NCBI GenBank assembly: GCA_963763775.1 | Contig: CAVXPZ010000001.1 | Span: forward strand, 480,001-544,000 | Origin: an uncultured Chloroflexia bacterium | Lineage (GTDB): Bacteria; Chloroflexota; Limnocylindria; Limnocylindrales; CSP1-4 | Direction of reading: 5' to 3' | DNA: 64,000 nt | Shown: positions 20,401 through 30,616 of the stretch, piece by piece | How positions within the stretch are numbered: the stretch's first letter is position 1 | Layout of the letters: each line of letters opens with the position of its first letter | Notes under the pieces: generated by a model | Databases searched by the model: none | What the model was told of the DNA's origin: nothing | What the model saw: the letters and a program-made list of their open reading frames with translations, nothing else | Translations under genes and position numbers: made by a program

Positions 20401-21283
20401 TCAGGCCCCGGTGAGGACCACGCGCAGCCTCGCGGCGAACGCCTCCGGCTCGCCGGGCTGGCCGTACTCGTCGCCAAGGAAGCCGCCGTGGCCGCTCGGG
20501 AAGACGACGGGCTCCGCGCCCAGGCGCTCGGCGAGGGCGAACGCGGCCCGGTAGGCCAGCTGCCCCTCGGACTCGGTCCCGGCCGCGAGGACGATCACCG
20601 TCGAGGCGGCCCGCAAGGCGTCGATGTCCGGCTCGTACGCCGTGGACGTGACGATGTTCTGCCCCATCAGGGCGTCCGTACGCGCGCCGTCGTCCTGCGT
20701 CGGGAGCCCGAACATCGCCGGGTCCGGCGCGGGCTGCTTGGCGTACTCGGGGCCGAACGGCCCCTTGTGGCTGACGGCCGCGATGAACAGCGCCATCCCG
20801 GCGCCGAACCCGCGGGCCTCGTAGGCGTCGTGGACGGCGCGACAGGCCGCCAACGCGCCGTCACGGTCGGGCAGGATCGAGGCCAGGGGCGGCTCATGCG
20901 CGACGACCATCCGAACCTGTTCCGGGTGCTTCGCCACCAGGGCGAGGGCGTTCACCGCACCGCCGCTGCTCGCGAACAGGTCCACGGGGCCGGCGCCGAG
21001 CGCCTCGATGATCCGGTGCAGGTCATCGGCGTGCTGCTCCGGCGTGGACTCGGACGCTGGATCCGTCTTCGTGCTGCGCTCGACGCCGCGCGGGTCGTAG
21101 GTCACGACGGTGCGGTCGGTGAAATGCCCCGCCAGCGTGCCGAAGCCGCTCGCGCCCATCGGCGAGCCGACGAGGAGGAGGACCGGGTCGTCGGACGGGA
21201 CCGTCCGATGGCCGGATGTCGTAGGTCAGGACGGCGCCGGGCGAGTCCATCGTTCGTGTCGTCAGCTCGGTCAGGGTCGTCAT
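20401..21283 (-). CDS. Alpha/beta hydrolase, frameshifted near 21200
   Basis: VVTYDPRG, FASSGGA, AHEPP, FPSGHGGF; N-terminus MTTLTE..GAVLTYD in another frame. Confidence 0.8.
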
Positions 21284-21311
21284 CGGATCCTCCGGTCGGT
21301 GCTCAGGGTCG

Positions 21312-21776
21312 TCATCGTGGTGGCGAGGCGGGCGAACGTCGAACGTAGAGGAGTGGGAAGTCGAGCTCCCACACGTCAGGCCCGTCGCCCGTTCGACGCT
21401 CCCATCGGCCGTCGATCGTGCGTCCGTCCGCCGAGATCTCGCCGATGAACCGCTGGTCGAAGCCCGGGCCGTCCGGACCATCCCAGTCCTCTCCCGGAGC
21501 TCGCCAGATCGTCCAGGTCGAGCCCTCGACGGCTGTCATGAACAAGCGCTTGACCCCGCGGGCGTCGAAGTAGTGCATCGGCTGCGGTTCGTCGTCTGGC
21601 GCACCTCCGACGATCGAGAGGCTGTCGGGGATCCCTGCCGGCTCGCCCACCGAGCGCATCACGATGAAGGCGCCGAGGCGCTCGATCGTGGCCTGGACGG
21701 TGAGCCGCATCGGCGGCTCGATCGGGAGCTCGCCCGTTCCGTCCCACTCGCCGATCAACGGCTCGAACATGGGCAT
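21312..21776 (-). CDS. Conserved hypothetical beta-barrel protein
   Basis: FEPLIGEW, MHYFDARGV, QRFIG, GRWE, WELDF. Confidence 0.6.
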   Translation of the reverse strand: MPMFEPLIGEWDGTGELPIEPPMRLTVQATIERLGAFIVMRSVGEPAGIPDSLSIVGGAPDDEPQPMHYFDARGVKRLFMTAVEGSTWTIWRAPGEDWDGPDGPGFDQRFIGEISADGRTIDGRWERRTGDGPDVWELDFPLLYVRRSPASPPR

Positions 21777-21787
21777 CGCCAGCCCTT

Positions 21788-22295
21788 TCAGGCCGAGGGG
21801 ACCCGGTCCCCGGCCAGGATCGCGTCGATCTGGCCGACGGCCTGCGTCAAGCCTTCCTCCATGCCCATGCCCAGGACCTGTTCCATCGCCTCGGCGCTCG
21901 GGGAAGTGGCTCTCGATCGACATCCGCGTGTGGTCCGCGTCGATCGGCTCGATGGTCACACGGCCCTCGTTGCGGGGGAAGTCGTCGTTCGGGGTCCCGT
22001 CGTTCCCCGCGAAGCCGTCGACGAAGACGATCCGGCGCGGCGGCTCCACTTCGACGAGGTCCCAGTAGCCGTGGGCCTCCTCGCCGGTCGGGCCGGTCAT
22101 GTGGTATTCGACGTGGGCGCCGGGCGCGAGGTCGTGCGCCGTGAACGTCGCGGGCCACATCGGCGGCCCCCACCAGCGCTCGAGCTGGCGCGGGTCGGCC
22201 CACAGCTGCCACACGCGCTCTGGCGAGGCCGCGAACTCGGCGGTGAGGGTCAGGGTCAGGGCCTCGGGGTCCTTCCGGACGGCAGTGACGGTCAT
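21788..22295 (-). CDS. SRPBCC/AHSA1 domain protein, frameshifted near 21900
   Basis: ERVWQLWADPRQLERWWGPP; C-terminus MEQVLGMGMEEGL..QIDAIL in shifted frame. Confidence 0.85.
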
Positions 22296-22627
22296 GCGAT
22301 GGTCTCCTCCGTGCTCGCGATGAGATCGGTCATGCGCTCGATGCGGCCGCGCCACAGCGCCTCGTACTGGTCGAGCAGGCCGCGCGCGACGCGGAGCCCC
22401 TCGATATCGGTGCGGACGACCTTGCGGCGCCCATCCCGCTGCTTGGTGACCAGGCCGGCCCGCTCGAGGACCGCGACGTGCTTCTGCACGGCCGCGAAGC
22501 TCATGGGGTAGTGCCCGGCCAGCTCGGCGACGCCCTCGTTGCCACCGAGCGCGCGCAACACGATGTCGCGGCGAGTCGCGTCGGCGAGGGCGGCGAAGAC
22601 GTGATCGGCGTTGAAGGTCGTCGTCAT
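22292..22627 (-). CDS. ArsR/SmtB family regulator
   Basis: VFAALADATRRDI, MSFAAVQKHVAVLERAGLV. Confidence 0.9.
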   Translation of the reverse strand: MTTTFNADHVFAALADATRRDIVLRALGGNEGVAELAGHYPMSFAAVQKHVAVLERAGLVTKQRDGRRKVVRTDIEGLRVARGLLDQYEALWRGRIERMTDLIASTEETIA

Positions 22628-22630
22628 TGG

Positions 22631-22663
22631 TACAACCATACGGTTGTATGACAACATCGTCAA
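22631..22663 (-). promoter_or_regulatory. Promoter with overlapping inverted-repeat operator
   Basis: Minus-strand TTGACG-17nt-TATGGT; TACAACC-N4-GGTTGTA at 22631-22648 covers the -10. Confidence 0.75.
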
Positions 22664-22731
22664 GTCGTTCGGCTTAGCATCGTGCACCGACCGACCGTGG
22701 ACGACCGGGCATGACCGGGGAGGACGACCGC

Positions 22732-23205
22732 ATGACGCTGCCGAGCGATGGACCGAACACCGATGCCGTGCTGACGGCGGTGGCCGACATCCCGACCCTG
22801 ATGGTCGGCGCGACGACCGCCAGCCTGGTCGCGACCGGGACCCAGACCGACGGCCGGTACGGCCTGTTCCGCTGGGACATGACGGCTGCGTCGGGGGCCG
22901 CGACGCCGCACTACCACCGGACGCACTCCGAGGCGTTCTACGTGCTCGACGGTCGGATCGGGCTCTTCGACGGCAAGGACTGGCGCGAGGGGAGGGCCGG
23001 GGACTTCCTCTACATCCCGCCGAGCGGCATCCACGCCTTCCGCAACGAGAGCGGCGGACCGGTCTCGATGCTCATCGTCTTCGCGCCGGCCCCGCCTCGT
23101 GAGGCGTACTTCCGGGAGCTGGGCGAGCGCATCGCCTCGGGTCGCACGTACACCGATGCGGAACGGGCCGAGTTCATGGCCAGGCACGACCAGTTCGAGG
23201 TCTGA
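22732..23205 (+). CDS. Cupin domain protein
   Basis: PHYHRTHSEAFYVLDG, IPPSGIHAFRN. Confidence 0.85.
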   Translation: MTLPSDGPNTDAVLTAVADIPTLMVGATTASLVATGTQTDGRYGLFRWDMTAASGAATPHYHRTHSEAFYVLDGRIGLFDGKDWREGRAGDFLYIPPSGIHAFRNESGGPVSMLIVFAPAPPREAYFRELGERIASGRTYTDAERAEFMARHDQFEV

Positions 23206-23218
23206 CCCGAGACAGGCC

Positions 23219-24454
23219 TCAGCGCCCCGGGCTGAGCCAGATCGTGGGGACGTAGGAGTCGGGGGCGCCGAACGAGCCCACGGCGATCGCGCCCGGGCCG
23301 CCCGGGGTGATCGCATAGAACTCGCCCTGCTCCTGGACCGGGGCCGAGCGCGCCTGCGTCCAGTGGAGACCGTCGCCGGAGACCCACGAGATCGCCGTCC
23401 CGCGTTGGAGGCCCTGGTAGTCGCCGACACCGATGAGCTCGTCGCCGATCGCCGTGACGTCCGTCATCCAGGCGAACCCGCCGGAATGCTCGCGAGACGG
23501 CTCGTTCGGCGCACGGGTCCACGTCCGCCCGTCGGGCGAGATCCAGGCGGCAGCCTCGTGCCGGGCGACATCGGACCCGACGGCGACAAGGCCGCCGAAC
23601 GGCGCCGGCACGACGGCCACGGCGATGCCGTCGACGAACGCGGGGTCGTCGACCCGTGACCAACTCGACCCGTCTGGCGACGTCCAGGCCACGGCGCCGG
23701 TGGGCTTCTGCACGGTCCCGACCACCCCGACCGCCACGAACCCGTCGCCGAGACGCGTGATCGCGCGGACCTCGGCGTCCGCGAACGCCGCGGGATCGTC
23801 CGGTACCGGCTGCCACGCGACGCCATCCGCCGAGGTCCAGAACCGCGCGTGTCGTTCGAAGAGCTCTGGTCCCACCGAGCCGCCCGCCAGGTAGCCTTGC
23901 GGGCTGGCCACGACCGACGTCATCCGCTCGGCGACGCCGCTCGCATCGAGCGTCGGGACGGCGTGCTCGGCCCAGGTGGCACCGTCCGTACTCGTCCAGG
24001 CCACCGGCAGCTTCCCGGACCGGCCGACCGCCACGGCGGTCCCGTCCGATCCGGTCGTGACGGCCACGGGGAACGTGAAGCCGGTCGTGCCGATCGGGTG
24101 GAACGCCCAATCCTGCCCATCGGGCGATGTCCATGCCGCCGGCGTCCAGTCCGGCGGCACATAGCCGACCGCCGCGAACCCGCCGGCCGGCAGCGGCGTG
24201 ACATCCGCGATCATCGCTTGTCCGGGGATCCGGAGGATCGGGTGCACGCCGGTGTACGCCGATGCCGAGGGATCGACCTCGTAGTTCGTGGGTCGTTCGA
24301 CCGAGGGCGCCCGCGCCCAGTCGATCCCGAGGACCGGCGGTCCCGACGGCGACGCCGTCGTCGAGGTCGACCCACAGCCGGCGACGGCGAGGAGCCCGGC
24401 GCTCAGCGAGAGCGCGGCCAGCGCCGTTCGCATGGCGGCGTCGGCTGCTCGCAT
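23219..24454 (-). CDS. Lipoprotein with W(T/I/V)SxDGxxW (BNR/Asp-box-like) repeats
   Basis: VAGC lipobox; six WxSxDGxxW repeats; start uncertain. Confidence 0.7.
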   Translation of the reverse strand: MRAADAAMRTALAALSLSAGLLAVAGCGSTSTTASPSGPPVLGIDWARAPSVERPTNYEVDPSASAYTGVHPILRIPGQAMIADVTPLPAGGFAAVGYVPPDWTPAAWTSPDGQDWAFHPIGTTGFTFPVAVTTGSDGTAVAVGRSGKLPVAWTSTDGATWAEHAVPTLDASGVAERMTSVVASPQGYLAGGSVGPELFERHARFWTSADGVAWQPVPDDPAAFADAEVRAITRLGDGFVAVGVVGTVQKPTGAVAWTSPDGSSWSRVDDPAFVDGIAVAVVPAPFGGLVAVGSDVARHEAAAWISPDGRTWTRAPNEPSREHSGGFAWMTDVTAIGDELIGVGDYQGLQRGTAISWVSGDGLHWTQARSAPVQEQGEFYAITPGGPGAIAVGSFGAPDSYVPTIWLSPGR

Positions 24455-24657
24455 CGTGCGAACGCATCGACTCCTCCGGGCCGGGCGTCCACCATGGTCG
24501 CCCTCGTCGCGCAGACTGTATCGGGATGCGGGCTCCAGCGAGGCGGACGACCGACCGCTCGAGCCGACCATGACGGGCGCTGTCATGTTTCGTCACGATG
24601 ATCGACCCGGGCGCTGGAGCCCGACCGACGGCTGGCGCGATCGCTCGAAGGAGGCAG

Positions 24658-25588
24658 ATGACCGTCATCGACTGGCTGCTCGACGCTGATCCCGCGATCC
24701 GCTGGCAGGTGCTGCGCGACCTGACCCGCCAGCCGGCCGACGTCGTGGTCGCCGAACGTTCACGGGTCGCGACGGAGGGCTGGGGCGCCCGGTTGCTCGC
24801 CCTCCAGGCGACGGACGGCCAGTGGGGAGGCCGGCCGTGGTCCCACGACTGGACCGACACGTTCCACGTGCTCGAGCTGCTGCGACGATTCGGGATCGAC
24901 CCCCGGAGTCAGCCTGCCGAGCGGGCGGTCCGCCTCGTCCGCGAGCAGGTCACCTGGCGGGATCCCGACTTCGAGACCCCTTGGTCGGACCATCGGTTCT
25001 TCGAGGGCGAGGTGGAGCCGTGCATCAACGGCAACGTCGTGGCGACCGGCTCGTACTTCGGGGTGGACATGACACCACTGGTCGAGCGGCTGCTCGGCGA
25101 GCAGCTGCCGGATGGCGGGTGGAACTGCGAGGTCGAGAACGGCGCGACGGTGTCGTCGTTCGAGACGACGATCAACGTCCTCGAGGGACTTGTCGAGCAC
25201 GAGCGATCGATCGGCGGTTCCGCGAGGGTCGGGGAGGCGCGTCACCGTGGCGAGTCGTACCTCCTCGATCGCCGTCTCTTCCGTCGGAAGTCGACCGGCG
25301 ACGTCGTCGACCAGTCCTGGCTCCGCTTCTCGTTCCCGACCTGGTACCACTACGACGTCCTGCGCGCGCTGGACTACCTGCGCGATGCCGAGGTCGTGCC
25401 CGACGAGCGGCATCGTCGAGGCGATCGGGGTCGTCGAGGGCAACCGCGCGGCCGATGGCCGCTGGCCGCTCCAGAACGTCCACCGTGGCGTCGCCGCCAT
25501 CGAGATGGAGGACGGCGAGGGCACGCCGAGTCGATGGAACACGTTGCGTGCCCTGCGTGTCCTCGAGTGGGCCGAGCGCAGCGGGTAG
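24658..25588 (+). CDS. Prenyltransferase/squalene-cyclase-fold hypothetical protein, frameshifted near 25410
   Basis: WLLDADPAIRWQV, EPCING, QLPDGGWNC, HYDVLRALDY, then SRWNTLRALRVL. Confidence 0.75.
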
Positions 25589-25607
25589 GGCGCTCTAGAG
25601 TGGCGGC

Positions 25608-26384
25608 ATGCTGATCATCCTGCCGCCGTCGGAGTCGAAGCGGCCGCCGCCCGAACACGGCCAGCCGCTCGCGCTCGGCAGCCTGTCCTTCCCGGTGCTG
25701 ACCGGCCCGCGGGAGCAGGTCCTCGATGCCCTTGTCGTGACGAGTGGCGGCGCCGACGCGACCAGGCGGCTGCTCGTCCGCCCGTCGCTGGCCGCCGACG
25801 TCGCCCGAAACATCCGCGTGCGCGAGTCGCCGGCGATACCCGTGCTCGACCTCTACGCCGGGTCGCTGTACGACGGGCTGGACGCCGCGTCCCTCTCCTC
25901 GGCCGCGACGGAGCGTGCCGCCAACGGCCTCGTCGTCACGTCCGCGCTGTGGGGCCTCCTCCGGCCGACGGACCGGATCCCGAACTATCGCCTGAACGTC
26001 TGCGCGCATCTGGTCGGGATCGAACGCCTCGAGCCGTTCTGGCGGGCCGTTCTGGGCGACACGCTCGCCGAGGCCGCCGGCCCCGACGGGATCGTGCTGG
26101 ACCTCCGGTCGCCGGGCTATCAGGCGATGGGGATGCCGACGGGCCGAGGCGATCGGACCGTGACGCTGCGCGTGGAGCGGGCCGACGTCGCGGGCCGACC
26201 GATCGGTGCTGTCGTCGCGAAACGAGTCCGCGGGCAGGCGGCTCGAGCGCTCCTCGCGTCGGGGGCGGAACCGAGCGAGCCGGCCGATGTCGCGGAGCTC
26301 CTCGCCGAGCAGTGGCCGGTCCGACTCGAGGCCCCGGCCAGGCCGGGGCGGTCGTGGGTCCTGACGCTCACGTCGAGCGAGTGA
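25608..26384 (+). CDS. yaaA: Peroxide stress protein YaaA family
   Basis: MLIILPPSESK, YAGSLYDGL, SALWGLLRP.DRIPNYRL, AKRVRG. Confidence 0.85.
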   Translation: MLIILPPSESKRPPPEHGQPLALGSLSFPVLTGPREQVLDALVVTSGGADATRRLLVRPSLAADVARNIRVRESPAIPVLDLYAGSLYDGLDAASLSSAATERAANGLVVTSALWGLLRPTDRIPNYRLNVCAHLVGIERLEPFWRAVLGDTLAEAAGPDGIVLDLRSPGYQAMGMPTGRGDRTVTLRVERADVAGRPIGAVVAKRVRGQAARALLASGAEPSEPADVAELLAEQWPVRLEAPARPGRSWVLTLTSSE

Positions 26385-26488
26385 GCGGACAGGAGCGCAG
26401 CATCGCCTACTACGCCGACCGGCTCGCCGAGCACGAGCGCGAGCACGTGCTCCATCTGGAGCGGGTCATGGCGGCGCGACGGGCCTAG
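26381..26488 (+). pseudogene. 35-codon fragment resembling a DinB-family C-terminus
   Basis: ERSIAYYADRLAEHEREHVLHLER (HxxxH helix); GTGA overlap with yaaA. Confidence 0.35.
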
Positions 26489-26505
26489 ACGGCTCGCGCG
26501 GTCGC

Positions 26506-27133
26506 CTAGCGGTTGAGGAGGTCCTCGAAGGGGACCGGGTCGGCGAAGTCGTCGCGCGCTGCGGACGGTGGCTGCGCGGCCATCGCCGCGGCGAGCTCCG
26601 TCGCCGCGCGCTCGATGCGTTCGACCAGGCTGCCGTCCGTCGCCGCCCCGCCCTGGCCCCAGTCCTCGGTCGCGGCGTAGACACCGGTCGGCACCACGGC
26701 CGCGCGAAGGTAGGCGAACAGCGGCCGGATGGCGTGCTCCACGGCCAGCGAGTGCCGCGGCGTGCCCCCGGTGGCCGCGATCAGCACGGGCTTGGCCCGA
26801 AACCCGTCGCGGTCCAGGCTGTCGAAGAAGAGCTTGAAGAGCCCGTTGTACGAGCCGCTGAAGATCGGCGAGACCGCGATGACGCCGTCCGCCGCCAGCA
26901 CCGCGTCCTGCGCCGACTGGAGCGACGGGGAAGGGAAGCCGGTCAGCATCTGGTTGGCGAGGTCGACCGCGTGGTCGCGCAGTTCGATGACCTCGGGGCG
27001 CGGGTCGACGCCCGCCTCCCGGAGGTGGCGCTCCGTGGCCGCCGCCAGTCGATCGCCCAACAGCCGGCTCGACGACGGCTCGGCCAGGCCCGCCGTCACG
27101 ACCACCAGCGACCGGGTCGCCGGGACCGGTCAT
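26506..27133 (-). CDS. NADPH-dependent FMN reductase (CE1759 type), frameshift near start
   Basis: AGLAEPSSSRLL, SPIFSGSYNGLFKLFFD, ATGGTPRHSL; ATG at 27133 overlaps LLM stop. Confidence 0.88.
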
Positions 27134-28275
27134 GCCGGGGTCTCGGCCAGCACGGGCTCGGCGACCGTGGGCTGGGACGCTGGCGACGGCTCCCGCTCCT
27201 CGACCTGGACCCCGGTGACGCGCGGGTGGAGCGGCGGGCCGGACGGCACGTCCGCGGGGCGCATCGCCTCGAACTCCCGGCGGAGGACCGGGACGACCTC
27301 GGCGCCCAGGATGTCCATCTGCTCGAGCACGGTCTTGAGCGGGAGGCCGCCGTGGTCGGCGATGAACAGCTGTCGCTGGTAGTCGCCGACGAACTCGCGG
27401 AAGCCCAGCGTCCGGTCGATGACCTGCTGCGGGCTGCCGATCGTCATCGGGGTCTGCGCCATGTAGTCCTCGAGCGACATCGCGCCGCCGTAGACCGGCG
27501 CGTGGTCGAAGTACGGCCGGAACTCGCGGATCGCGTCCTGGCTGTTCGGGCGCATGAAGACGTGGCCGCCCAGGCCGACGATCGCCTGGTTCGCGGGGCC
27601 GTGGCCGTAATGCTCGAAGCGGCGACGATAGAGCTCGACCATCCGCTGGACGTGGCTGCTCGGCCAGAAGATGTTGTTGTGGAAGAAGCCGTCGCCGTAG
27701 TACGCGGCCTGCTCGGCGATCTCCGGGCTCCGGATCGACCCGTGCCACACGAACGGCGGGACGCCGTCGAGCGGGCGCGGCGTGGCGGTGAACCCGGTCA
27801 GCGGCGTCCGGAACCGGCCCTCCCAGTCCACGACGTCCTCGCGCCAGAGGCGGCGCAGCAGGTCGTAGTTCTCGACCGCGAGCGGGATCGCGTTGCGCAG
27901 GTCCTGGCCGAACCACGGATAGACCGGACCCATGTTGCCGCGCCCGAGCATGAGGTCCACCCGGCCGTCGGCCAGGTGTTGGAGCATCGCGTAGTCCTCG
28001 GCGATCTTGACCGGGTCGTTGGTCGTGATCAGGGTCGTGGCGGTCGAGAGCTGCAGGCGCTCGGTCTTGCCGGCGATGTAGCCGAGCAGCGTGGTCGGGG
28101 AGGAGGGGACGAACGGCACGTTGTGGTGTTCGCCGGTCGCGAACACGTCGAGGCCGATCTCCTCGGCCTTGCGCGCGACCGTGACCATGATCTGGATGCG
28201 CTCGGCCTCGCTGACCGTCTGATTGGTCGTCGGGTCGGGCGTGACGTCGCCGACCGTGAAGACGCCGAATTGCAT
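27130..28275 (-). CDS. LLM flavin-dependent monooxygenase (CE1758 type)
   Basis: MQFGVFTVGD, GEHH, TTNDPVKIAEDY, WHGSIRSPE. Confidence 0.9.
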   Translation of the reverse strand: MQFGVFTVGDVTPDPTTNQTVSEAERIQIMVTVARKAEEIGLDVFATGEHHNVPFVPSSPTTLLGYIAGKTERLQLSTATTLITTNDPVKIAEDYAMLQHLADGRVDLMLGRGNMGPVYPWFGQDLRNAIPLAVENYDLLRRLWREDVVDWEGRFRTPLTGFTATPRPLDGVPPFVWHGSIRSPEIAEQAAYYGDGFFHNNIFWPSSHVQRMVELYRRRFEHYGHGPANQAIVGLGGHVFMRPNSQDAIREFRPYFDHAPVYGGAMSLEDYMAQTPMTIGSPQQVIDRTLGFREFVGDYQRQLFIADHGGLPLKTVLEQMDILGAEVVPVLRREFEAMRPADVPSGPPLHPRVTGVQVEEREPSPASQPTVAEPVLAETPA

Positions 28276-28342
28276 GATCTGTCCTGTCCCTTGACGGCTA
28301 CCCGTCGCTGCGTCGACCACCGATGTCGGTCGAACTCCCGTC

Positions 28343-28373
28343 AGCATACCCGATAGGTCGTTGCGTACGCAAC
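28343..28373 (-). promoter_or_regulatory. -10 element and 14-bp palindromic operator
   Basis: GTTGCGTACGCAAC perfect palindrome 28360-28373; minus-strand TATGCT at 28343-28348. Confidence 0.55.
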
Positions 28374-28385
28374 TACTGCGGATGA

Positions 28386-29354
28386 TCAGGTCGCTGGCCG
28401 GACCAGGCGCAGGAGTTCGCCGACCGTGGCGATCTGCTCGGGGGTCCGATAGATCGCGTTGTTGAACGTGAAGCCTGTGAACCCTGCGTCGATGTAGGTC
28501 GCGAGGACGTCGACGACCTGGTCGGGCGTGCCGGCGGTGACATGCGGGCGGCGCTCAGGCGGCAGGGAGTCGATGAACTGTCGGGCCTCCGCTTCGGTCG
28601 ACATCACGATCACGGGGGCCCCGATGGTCCGCTCGACGGTGTCTGGGTCCCGGCCGATCTCCTCGCAATAGCGGACGAGCAACTCGTCCTTGTGGCGGAG
28701 TGTCTCGAGCCCGAGCGCGAACCAATGCGTCATGTCGGCATAGCGGGCCGCGATGCGCAGGGTCCGCTGTTCGCCGCCGCCACCCACGAGAATCCGCGGG
28801 CCGCCGGCCTGGATCGGACGCGGACGGTTCAGCGCCTCATGGATCCGGTAGTGACGGCCGTCGAAGGTCGGGCGGTCCTCGGTGAACAGGAGCTTCGCGA
28901 TGGTGAGCGCCTCCTCGAGGCGATCCATCCGCTCCTTCAGCGGCGGGAAGTCGATCCCGTAGCCGATGTGCTCCTCCTCGTTCCACGCCGCACCGAGGCC
29001 GAAGATCGCTCGGCCGCCGGACAAGACGTCCAGCGTCGTGACCTGCTTGGCCAGCATCGCCGGGTTCCGATACGTAACACCGGTCACGAGCGTGCCCAGG
29101 CGGACCGTCGAGGTCTCTCGGGCGAGCGCGGCCAGGACCGACCAGCCCTCGAGCATCGGCTCCGTGACCGGGCCGACGCCCTGGATCTGGTAGAGGTGGT
29201 CCATCACGGTCACAAGCTCGAACCCGACCGCCTCGGCCGCTCGCGCCTGCTCGACGACAAGGTCGAATAGGCGCTCCGGCGGTACGTCCGGGTGGCTGTA
29301 GCTGGGGAGATGGAGACCAAACCAGGGGTGGCGGTTGGCCGTTGCATTCGTCAT
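28386..29354 (-). CDS. LLM-class F420-dependent oxidoreductase
   Basis: VMDHLYQI, LVTGVTYRNPAMLAK, GLGAAW, VGGGGEQRTL. Confidence 0.9.
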   Translation of the reverse strand: MTNATANRHPWFGLHLPSYSHPDVPPERLFDLVVEQARAAEAVGFELVTVMDHLYQIQGVGPVTEPMLEGWSVLAALARETSTVRLGTLVTGVTYRNPAMLAKQVTTLDVLSGGRAIFGLGAAWNEEEHIGYGIDFPPLKERMDRLEEALTIAKLLFTEDRPTFDGRHYRIHEALNRPRPIQAGGPRILVGGGGEQRTLRIAARYADMTHWFALGLETLRHKDELLVRYCEEIGRDPDTVERTIGAPVIVMSTEAEARQFIDSLPPERRPHVTAGTPDQVVDVLATYIDAGFTGFTFNNAIYRTPEQIATVGELLRLVRPAT

Positions 29355-29495
29355 GCGTCCAGGATGCGCTTGCGATGCGATGGGTGCGCGCGATCATCGC
29401 TGCGTTGGCCGGGGTCTGGCTCCAGTCGCTCTGGCCAACGAGGACGGATACGCTGTGCTGGATCCGGCTGTCGCCGAAATGGGGAGGTAGCCCTC

Positions 29496-29912
29496 GTGAA
29501 GCCAGAGAGCGATGTCCCAGCGTCCCATCCGGGAAACGTCCCATTGCGAGTCCGATCGGCTGAACTGGAACCGGTCGCGTTCAGAGAACACACGTTCCGG
29601 TTCTTGATCGACGAACACCAGTCCGGCGGGACCTATTCGGCGATGGAGATCTCATCCCCACCTGGCACCGGACCCGAACCGCACGTGCACGATCGCGCGG
29701 AGGAAGGGTTCTATGTCCTTGATGGCGGGGCGACCTTCTTCATCTCAGGCGACGCGATCGACGCTCGACCGGGCGATTGGATCCACGTCCCGAGGGGCGT
29801 CGTGCACGCATTCCGGACGACCGCGAATGGCGCCCGGTATCTCGCGATCTACGCCCCGGGTAGTGAGGAGCAAGGATTCCGCGAGGCCGCCGCGGGCCGA
29901 CCGCCGGAATGA
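29496..29912 (+). CDS. Cupin domain protein
   Basis: ggggagg RBS + GTG; PHVHDRAEEGFYVLDG, VPRGVVHAF. Confidence 0.8.
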   Translation: MKPESDVPASHPGNVPLRVRSAELEPVAFREHTFRFLIDEHQSGGTYSAMEISSPPGTGPEPHVHDRAEEGFYVLDGGATFFISGDAIDARPGDWIHVPRGVVHAFRTTANGARYLAIYAPGSEEQGFREAAAGRPPE

Positions 29913-29976
29913 TCAGCTGAGGCACGCAGGGTCGGACCGGACTTGCGCGCCGTCTCGAACCCCCCGGGACACCGCT

Positions 29977-30616
29977 TCAACCCGACCGTGGACGGAGCAG
30001 GCCCCGCTCGTAGGCGACCGCCACGGCAGCCGCGCGGTCGCCGACGTCGAGCTTCGCGTAGATGTGGAGGAGGTGCGTCTTGACGGTCGCCTCCGAGATG
30101 AACAGGCGGGTGGCTGCGCCACGATTGGTCTCGCCCTGGGCGATGAGCGACAGGACCTCCAGTTCGCGGTCGCTGAGCTGGTCGTGGGCAGGGGACGCGC
30201 AGGTCCGCGACGAGGCGGGTGGCCACCGATGGCGCGAGGACCGCCTCGCCGCGAGCCGCGGCACGGATCGCCCGCAGGAGCTCGGGCCGCGGTGCGTCCT
30301 TGAGCAGGTAGCCCGTCGCCCCGGCCCCGAGCGCGGGGAGGACGTCCCGGTCGCTGTCGTAGGTGGTCAGCACGAGCACCCGGGCCGCGGACCGGCGTTC
30401 GGCCAGGGTCTGGATGGCCTCGAGGCCACCGACACCGGGCATCCGCAGGTCCATGAGGACGACATCAGGCGCCAGCGCATCCACGAGCGTCAGGGCTTCC
30501 GAGCCGTCACCGGCCTCGCCGACGACCTCGAAGTCCGGCTCGGCCGCCAGCATGCCTCGGAGGCCGTCGCGCACGATGGGGTGGTCGTCGACGATCAGCA
30601 CCCGGATCGGGGTCAT
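29977..30616 (-). CDS. NarL/LuxR response regulator, frameshifted near 30195
   Basis: VLIVDDHPIVR, DLRMP, GYLLKD; LSDRELEVL..ISEATVKTH HTH in second frame. Confidence 0.9.

Noticed and set aside
21312-22355. SRPBCC fused to the downstream beta-barrel protein
   Set aside because: The normal SRPBCC C-terminus and stop (21788) exist in another frame; the fusion arises from an indel near 21900.
23219-24454. Repeated nucleotide motifs as a CRISPR or tandem array
   Set aside because: They are degenerate protein-level WxSxDGxxW repeats within an ORF, with no identical DNA repeats or spacers.
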